Below, piece after piece: positions 52,401-64,000 of a stretch of DNA of 64,000 nt. The stretch covers positions 10,200,485 to 10,264,484 of the forward strand of contig NC_134027.1 of assembly GCF_964204645.1 (NCBI RefSeq). Direction: 5' to 3'. The notes beneath the pieces were generated by a model, which made no database searches, had not been told where the DNA came from, and saw only the letters and a program-made list of their open reading frames with translations. Every line of letters begins with the position of its first letter. Within the stretch, counting starts at the first letter, position 1. Position numbers and translations under genes: made by a program. This stretch comes from Tubulanus polymorphus. Lineage: Eukaryota; Animalia; Nemertea.

Positions 52401-55400
52401 ATGACGATATTTTCAGCAATCAACATTGCCTGCTCTACAGATTAGCCCAGAATATCAAAGATTACGTTTCACTTCTTGGTTTGCAGCAATACAAGATCCC
52501 GATATACCTGGCTGAGTAAGCATGTTTGTCTGTAAGACGATATATTGTTTTGGCTACTTCGTCCACACAGGCCTGATATTTGAAGACAAGAGTGACCATG
52601 TATTGAAACCGAGGTCCTATCAGATGGATTTATTTGAGTGTATTCAGAAATATTGCACTTGTATTGTTACTAGGTAGGATTCTATGGGAGCCAACATTTT
52701 CACTATACTATCATCTACAGTATATATTACGAACATTTTCCATAGAAAGCTAGACTATGAAAGTGGTTCTTCTTTTTTTACTCACATTTGCGACTGAGAC
52801 TGCGGCACCAAAGTTTCGGGTTTCTGAGATAATGACTGAGATGGCACCGGAAAGAAATTTGCATCTGTAAAAATACCTGTTGTCATTTTAGGAAAATTCC
52901 ACAATCAACCTCTAGAAAAGCGAGCTAGTCTATCGATGTCTACGTATGCCATGTGACCATAGGTTAATATTCGACACGCGCTGAAGAGATTTCATAAGAA
53001 ACATGGCTCTTACCGACTTTAGCATCTGGATTACAGTATTTCTCTATGGAACAATATAATACAGCATAACCAAACTCGGCTTCAGGAATAGCTCTTTTAC
53101 CATATCTATCAGCGAAATACACACAAAAGAATTGTTGGTTTCTATAGACAAGTGGCTGTCCAATATCAATAGTAGACAAAAACCCACAATAAAAAGAAAA
53201 ATTATCTGGTAGCTTAACGTTCCAACTCAATTCTATGAGCCATTTTCAAAAAAGTTTTTTGAAAATGGCTCATAGAATTGAGTTGAAACGTTAAGCTACC
53301 AGATAGTTTTTCTTTTTATTGTGGGTTTTTGTCTACATAAAAGAATGTTTGTAACAGGAATTCATATCTATCGACTGTAATAGTTTTTACGATGGATGGT
53401 GAATGACTCCACTTCGAACACAGCATGTCGTTCATTTTGAGATTTTAGACGGTCCGGTAGAAATGTGGTAGCCATGCAGTTGAGCCACATCCTATATATT
53501 TCTAACAACAATTCGATGAAAAGGCCATTCAACTGAGCTGGAAAGCCTTAATGGGGCTCACATACTTGCATAAGTAGCTGATAACATGGTTAACTCTGTC
53601 CTGAGTGTTTTGAGTCTGAGCCTGACTTTGTTCATTTGGATCGCTGTACATAACTATAGATTCCGGTTTAGTAAGCATGTGACTGTGTTCGTTTCTTGCC
53701 AGTATTGCCGTTCCGCCCGCCATTTCGACTGCCACGTGTAACTTATCATACTGGAAAAGATGTTTATTTTTTTCTAAAGTATTGATCGAGTGCTTCCGGT
53801 GCACCAGGTAATGTTTTCGCACAAAAATGATCAAATCGTAAAAATCTTTTCTCGACCCTGTCACACCAGCTACCCGATAGATGGTGCGCAAGACAATAAG
53901 GACAACTCAAATCAAAATTCAGTTCCTTTTCAATTAACTTTCATCTGGATCTTTAAGTTCCAGCATAACTATTAGGATATTCGTGTCTCTTGATACATAA
54001 GAGCACTCATTCAATGGAAATGAACATTTACAAGAATGATGATAATATTCATAAAGCACTGTGATTCCATCCTGAGACAAAAATCAAAAGCGCTCATCTG
54101 GGTCCAGTTCCACAGTTTGAGTTACGATTTAACTCTTACGAGTTAACTCATTGAAAATGAACTTTCATTTACTCAGAGTTTACTGTAACTCAGAACTGTG
54201 GAACCGGGTCCTGGAGTGTCAAGGTAAGCACGGAAAAGTAATTTTTGCAGTGATACTCAAATTAGACAAATGACATATCCAGAACTGTTTGAAGCATGTT
54301 AATGAATTGGTTCCAAAGTATGGGCGCACACCGCGATAATAATTGATCTTCCTCCGAAGAAGATGATCTTCCTCGATGAAGAAAGATCTTTCTCAAGAAG
54401 AAGGCAATATTTCAAGCCGAAATTTAGAGTTCGAAATGATCGATTTCGATTGTGTCATCTGTACCTGTTTAGAAGTGAGGAAGAAGAACTTTTTATCAGC
54501 GAATAACATCTTTCGTACGTCTTTGCGTTGGAACGATATTTCATTCGGGTCAATTTGAGATTCGGCTAATGGTGGCAAAAAACTTTAAAGCAAAAAAAAG
54601 GAAAGAAAGAAGAACAAATTCAAATCGTTTCCTTAGGAAACCCGGTGGCGTTAAGAATACAAGGGCGAATCGCTTGATGAAGCTAGATCTAGAAGTACTC
54701 GATAAATGAAATTACTTCCGAGAATCTTTTCTCTGAAAACAAAGCTTCCTTTTAAGCATCGGCATTATGTTATTCAAGCAGAATTTGTTGTCTATGGCAG
54801 TGTTAATAGGCATTTTAACCTCTAAGTATAAATTGGTGATGGACTTTGCTGCGGGGTATCGATGTATTTGGTAATTGATTTTTATCTCTAATGAAATATG
54901 GCAGCACCTGTCAAACATAAAGTAACAAATGATACACCGCACTGCAGTTAAGACGCATTATAGCTGTATGCCGGTAATCAAACATGCTGGGATGGAATTC
55001 TTTTTAATTTTCAATTTATCTCCAGCAATTCAGGGTATTAATTAGTCAGCACTGAATGGGTTGACTAATTCGATGATCAAGATGGGAACTTTGTATTTTT
55101 CTGAAAAATCACTTGATTAACCGAGCAAAATCTACAACAGAAGGGGACCTAATCATGACTGTATGCTATCGCTATAGAATGCAGGAGTGTGGCTCACATG
55201 CAGAGCCAAATTCGGTTTTCGTATCTAGTCGACTAGTGGTCGGAACTAATATCCGAATGCGCTTGATTTTCGAACTATTTCCGGAATATAGTTCCGACTA
55301 ACGGACATTCGGTTTCGTTTAATTCGACTCTAGTCGACTAACTCAGAAAACCGATGGTGGCCCAGGCTACACACTCTACAATGACCTGAGAGCTATACTT

Positions 55401-58400
55401 ACGCATCCGGGTCAGGAAGCTCTTTCTTATTCGTAATCGAATTCACATATTCGACTAAATAATCCGACGTGACGATGTTTCCGAAATTTACCAAAGCGCA
55501 AATCACCTGAAGAAGAAAGAATATCAATTACCGGCTATGACTCAAGTCAACAAGATGCTTAGGTACGATAACTATCTTATTGGACTTTTTGTCAAAAGCG
55601 CTTTCATGAAAAGTTCCATCCATAGAACAGTACGACTTATGGTAAATTTGATGAGTTGAACTAATTGCAAACGAACCAATTTTGAAGCTAATGCCGATGC
55701 TACAAACCTTGATTGTAACGCTGAGATTGGACATGACTACCATACAACATTCAGCAGTATAATCGACAGACACGTGTCCGCCTAGTTTATGAACCAAAGA
55801 CTTCACCTTTTTCTTTTTGGCGGCATCCAAACAACTCGTCGTCAAAATGAAGGGCTCATAACTCAAGCTAAGTTTGTCAAAAACAAAAAAATTGCGAGTC
55901 GTGAATAACTTAGTCTCGACACATTGTCAGAAGACATTTCCCGAAAAAGTCATGCTGGCTGGAATGGTTTTTGGTAGATCCTTATCACTCTTTAACCCGG
56001 GATTTTACGAATAAGTTACCACTTCTATGTTTTCATCACACGACGACTGGCACGATTTCTACTCACGTGAATTCGCTGTCAACCGAACCGAATTTGATCA
56101 ATATTTTCATCGGAGCTGGCGACACAGTCTGGTATTCGCACACGCGGATGTTGTCGATGAACGTGCCGAACTTCGATAGATCCTTTATAGTCACCGACGG
56201 TTTTCTGTCGGGATGAGCCTACATTGAAAACGATCCTACATTACATACATCGACGGATTACCGACGTCGATAGCCGCTATCTCAGTGGCGTTGGAACCAT
56301 AGCGACTGCAGCTGCGATAATTCACTGAATAACATTTTTTTCTTTCTATATCATGTTTTTTTATGAAATTGTAAAGCAAATTCGGTGCTGCTATAGAACC
56401 TGATAAAAATCAGCAATTGGCCGTGGCAATCAAAAAATTGCTTCCAAGGCGCCAGTATCCCAGTGCGAGATAACTATTTTTTTTCATCCCGAAAACCTCT
56501 TAAACTAGGTTTTGGGCATATGGATACATCCAATAAAAGCCATTCTCTTAGGGTTTTGGTTGTAAATATACGTTCATAACAACACCCATCACCCGAGGGT
56601 TTCGAACGTATTTCGAAACCGCCGCATGATTTCGTTCCCCTGATATCCGACAGACGTCGCTAGGGTCTTCATTCAGAACACCAAGAATTTTCATAAGTGA
56701 AAAACATTAATTTTCTGAAATCAATTGAAACCCTAGGAAAATGGAAACAACAGAAACCTTTAGGGGATTAAAATCAACATCGACAAAATGTTGATGCCGG
56801 GTACAAACATCGTGAAATATTAGTAACTAACCATCCACCGCACTGCGATGTATCACTAAAATTGTGTGGCCATTATTCAACACACTGGAGAGGAACTTTT
56901 TTAAATTATGAAATTATTTTTCATCTTAGCACTTTCGGGTATCAGTTAGTAATGAAAGGGTTAAAGTTTCATAGTGATTATTCAACATATACATGAAAAT
57001 GGTAGCCACGTTTCTAAGACAGATATGCTGGGGCCTTAAGTAGGGTTAATCGGTAGGTGATATGAAATTTCACAAAATTTTGAACACACCACATTCGATT
57101 CCGGGTGAACGACTGTTAGAACTGCGTGTTGGCGGCTGATCGACGAATCATTCTGAATGAGTATCTTACAATCTTTCCGGCCGACTGTATACTCAACCCC
57201 GACGAATAAAGAAAATTTGAGAGCTGAAAATATAAAAAAAGAATATCAAATTCTTTAGCCGAATGAAAACTATATGATATATAACACATGCGATAACTTA
57301 TTCAGGCAGAAAATGACCTTTTTTGGGACAAAAAATGTCACAGAACGGTAATCTTGCGTTCAAAAAAATTTCTTATCACAAGGAGACATCACTTCCATAT
57401 CCGAATTACACTATGGTAGACTCCTAAATCGATCTCCATAAACCGTTAATTCGGTGGAACTTTTGAAAGCAATTATTCAACTTTACACTTCTAAACTCTG
57501 GTTCTAATTCGGTAACTGCCAAATTGGGTTAAGAAAAACTCCTGGTTCAACTGTACTGATTTAGGTGTAGCCTACTATACAACTACAAACATTTCTGATA
57601 GCCTATATCTGAAAATTGAAGGAGTTTTTAAGGAGTTTAGAGCATTTTGCTCAAATTAAACAAGTTTCAAGCACCTATAAAAGCATTTTCGGTTTTGAAG
57701 GAGTTTTTAAGGAATCAAGGAGTTGTAGGGATCTTGACATATTTCAAATATCAAGAACTTCAATCTACAATGAAAGAAAATATGGGCTATTTACTAGTTT
57801 TTAGAAATAACCAAATGATATGCCTATTCCTAACTGAAATGAACAAAAGACGATGTGTACTTTGATCCGATTTGAAATTAAATATATCATCCTTCGAACA
57901 TATACGAAATCTGCATTGAAGAGGTTTGATAATAAAATGTAGCATTTTACCATTGCCTGGGAAAAAATGATGAAGATAGCATAGGCGGATTAGGCCTAAT
58001 GAAGGAAGATTTAATTTGAAACAAGAACCTTGTGTTTTCTATTTCCATCACACTTCTATGTCATCACAAACTGTATATTTGCCTGGGTATTTGTATATTT
58101 GTATACATTGTTTTAATTGTTTATGGCTCAGTGGTTTGTTCACGATCCATCACTGAGTCATTTGTTACTGTTAAGATTCTGGCCATACTAAGTATGGTAC
58201 TTGTGCCGAATTTGCCAGAATACTATGGAAAGGCACCAAAACATGATTACATGTCATTTGATAATCAAAAGGTTTAAATAGATGATGGTTTGGCCCATCT
58301 GATTTTGCCCTTGAATCCAGACAGAATGTCATGACAGAATTTGACATCTTTCCTCTTGTCTTGTTACAAATTCATATTCTAAGATCTGCATTGCGCTATG

Positions 58401-58961
58401 TTACTGAATACAGTAGGCCTAATTGCACTTAAGAATTATTTAGGAGATGGTTTCTCTTTCAGTGCAATATAGAATAGGCCTATAGCCAGAATCTGTTTTT
58501 ACGGAAGACATATAAATAAAATATGTGACTCATTTGGTCATCCTGTGCAATGTAAAAATAGCCATGAATTTTTTGTTATGTCAGATGCCCGCTCATGTGC
58601 ATCGCGATGCCGCCGCATATCCGTAAATAAAAATAGCAAAAAATTAATTTTAACAGGTGACGTAAAAACAGCCACCTTTGTAATCAAACTGTTAAAACTG
58701 AGTACTGAGTGATACCCTTAACCTTTTAAGTGTAGTGTCCGGCGTCAGACGTTAAAACCTGTAATATAGTATTGGTGGGGTGGGGGATAAGGAGGGCTGT
58801 AAATATATGTTCTTATTCCACTTCATTCAATCAAAGATACGTCATAGGCCTACTAATCAATCTAATTCCAAGAAGACAGATCGTCTCTCCTGACTGACAC
58901 TGACAGTCTCAAGACTAAATTTAGACATACCTGGATCTCTCAAACTTTGTAATGTCCACAT
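43415..58961 (-). CDS. NBN: Nibrin (NBS1), MRN complex subunit; FHA-BRCT-BRCT, MRE11-binding motif, C-terminal ATM-interaction motif; 17 coding exons, ~759 aa
   Basis: MWTL start; FHA (VGRKDCKILIQNDSSISRQHAVL, KDLSKFGTFI); BRCT (YEPFILTTSCLD, LGGHV, VTIKVICAL); FLPPLAE; RAIPEAEFGYAVL; RNFKKFKK; C-terminus MFDEFPVIQKGRRR. Exons: 58961-58931, 57223-57090, 56218-56067, 55867-55708, 55506-55403, 54582-54465, 53750-53566, 53105-53014, 52864-52786, 52295-52223, 52018-51912, 51193-50641, 50239-50123, 49093-48920, 48057-47947, 46137-46085, 43451-43415. Confidence 0.93.
44324..44750 (+). repeat. Copy of AACAAGCCATAGG interspersed repeat with partial internal duplication
   Basis: Same blocks as 28050-28795 and 51232-51575. 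A second partial unit begins ~44630. Confidence 0.65.
46783..47643 (-). mobile_element. Internally deleted hAT-like DNA transposon with N-terminal transposase (BED-like zinc finger) fragment
   Basis: Terminal inverted repeats CAGAAATGCTAG / CTAGCATCTCTG, subterminal TTCCGGAA motifs and a 6-bp target duplication TAACAA on both sides. ORF 47206-46820 has W-x-W...CxxC...RH-x5-HK and then breaks off. Confidence 0.8.
48145..48595. mobile_element. CAGGGTGGCCAC-family MITE
   Basis: CAGGGTGGCCACT ... AGTGGCCATCCTG, flanks ATAGT/ACAGT, TTCCCTGA repeats. Homologous to 50348-50613. Confidence 0.75.
49251..49538. mobile_element. piggyBac-type MITE, intact copy
   Basis: TTAA-CCCTTTCAGT ... ACTGAAAGGG-TTAA: TTAA target duplication and CCCT termini. 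Confidence 0.85.
50348..50613. mobile_element. CAGGGTGGCCAC-family MITE with 5-bp target duplication (hAT5-like)
   Basis: CAGGGCGGCCACT ... GCCACCCTG flanked by AACAT on both sides. Internal TTCCCTGA repeats. Confidence 0.75.
51232..51575 (+). repeat. Copy of AACAAGCCATAGG interspersed repeat
   Basis: Same blocks as the 28050 and 44324 copies. Confidence 0.65.
53172..53336. repeat. Near-perfect 165-bp palindrome (82-bp arms, 1-nt spacer)
   Basis: GTAGACAAAAACCCAC...TTTTCAAAAAA-G-TTTTTTGAAAA...GTGGGTTTTTGTCTAC. I count two mismatches. Confidence 0.95.
54101..54210. mobile_element. PIF/Harbinger-like MITE
   Basis: GGTCCAGTTCCACAG ... CTGTGGAACCGGGTC with 3-bp CTG duplication. Related copies or fragments at ~34703-34813, ~38628-38672, ~26770-26820 and ~43330-43361. 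Confidence 0.7.
54813..55064. mobile_element. piggyBac-type MITE, degenerate copy
   Basis: Shares TATAAATTGGTGATGGAC, ATGGCAGCACCTGTCAAACATA and ATTAGTCAGCACTGAATGGGTTGA. Confidence 0.7.
55183..55376. mobile_element. Palindromic MITE with CTAGTCGACTA motifs
   Basis: Inverted arms TCGGTTTTC..CTAGTCGACTAG..TCGGAACTA / TAGTTCCGA..CTAGTCGACTA..GAAAACCGA. Confidence 0.55.
56755..56964. mobile_element. piggyBac-type MITE, highly degenerate copy
   Basis: Contains CACCGCACTGCG and ATTATTCAACACACT and ends TGAAAGGGTTAA. Confidence 0.55.
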
Positions 58962-59386
58962 AACGTTGATAAATACGTGCCAGTTTCCTCGGGCATAAAC
59001 TTGTCCGGTTTCTTTTCTGGCTTCTTTTTTTTTTTGCGGCTCCGGATTGCGAAGTTGAAACGTCAAAACGCAATGTCGCGTGTTGTTCAAGGTTAGCGGT
59101 CTCAAGTTAATTAATCAAAATTTATTCATCATGTTGATAATTATACGATAATCGAATAGTCATATGATTAGTTGGGGCTATGAATAAGAGGAATTCTACT
59201 GATTAATTGAGCAAGACCATCATAAAAACCGTCTCACTGTCTATTGGTCGCGTATAAAAAACAAGGGGTTCGAACCTCACCTTGCTGGGAACACAAAATA
59301 GTTACATCAACAATAAACAGTTTAATTCATCGTTGGCGAACACCCGCGCGAAATTCACACCAGGCCCTAATTAAAAACCGACGATC
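58962..59386. promoter_or_regulatory. Probable bidirectional promoter shared by NBN and MCM3
   Basis: Divergent start codons 425 bp apart. E2F-type site (TTTCGCGCGGG on minus, ~59343-59353), inverted CCAAT (ATTGG ~59243) and B-box-like GGTTCGAACC (59267-59276). Confidence 0.75.
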
Positions 59387-63981
<4,595 letters not shown>

Positions 63982-64000
63982 TAATTTTATATTCACTTCA

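Noticed and set aside
52508-52529. 22-nt NBN micro-exon with apparent AG/GT boundaries
   Set aside because: Inclusion breaks the frame (TCA TGA); the flanking exons join in phase without it.

Overview
Eukaryotic, AT-rich, intron-containing DNA, most likely from an invertebrate animal (inferred from gene content and transposon types). There are no prokaryotic features. I assembled six protein-coding genes by hand from GT-AG splice sites with consistent reading phases: FAM120A-like (minus, 17 coding exons, about 1051 aa), a CD225/dispanin PRRT1-like membrane protein (plus), a PI-PLC X-domain protein (minus), a DUF1295 steroid-reductase-like membrane protein (minus), nibrin/NBN (minus, 17 coding exons, about 759 aa) and the 5' part of MCM3 (plus, truncated by the window end). 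NBN and MCM3 sit head-to-head with 425 bp between start codons. Introns and intergenic DNA hold many non-autonomous DNA transposons (piggyBac-, Tc1/pogo-, Harbinger-, MULE- and hAT-like, the last with 5-6 bp target duplications), a 38-bp minisatellite, a tRNA-like remnant and Penelope-type minimal hammerhead ribozyme motifs. The main leads are: the NBN/MCM3 shared promoter; three internal repeats in NBN resembling the ATM-recruitment motif; a sense-strand hammerhead inside an inverted repeat just after the DUF1295 stop codon; a PLCXD lacking its second catalytic His; and a near-perfect 165-bp palindrome in an NBN intron. All gene models are manual predictions without transcript evidence, and family assignments rest on recalled motifs, not database searches.
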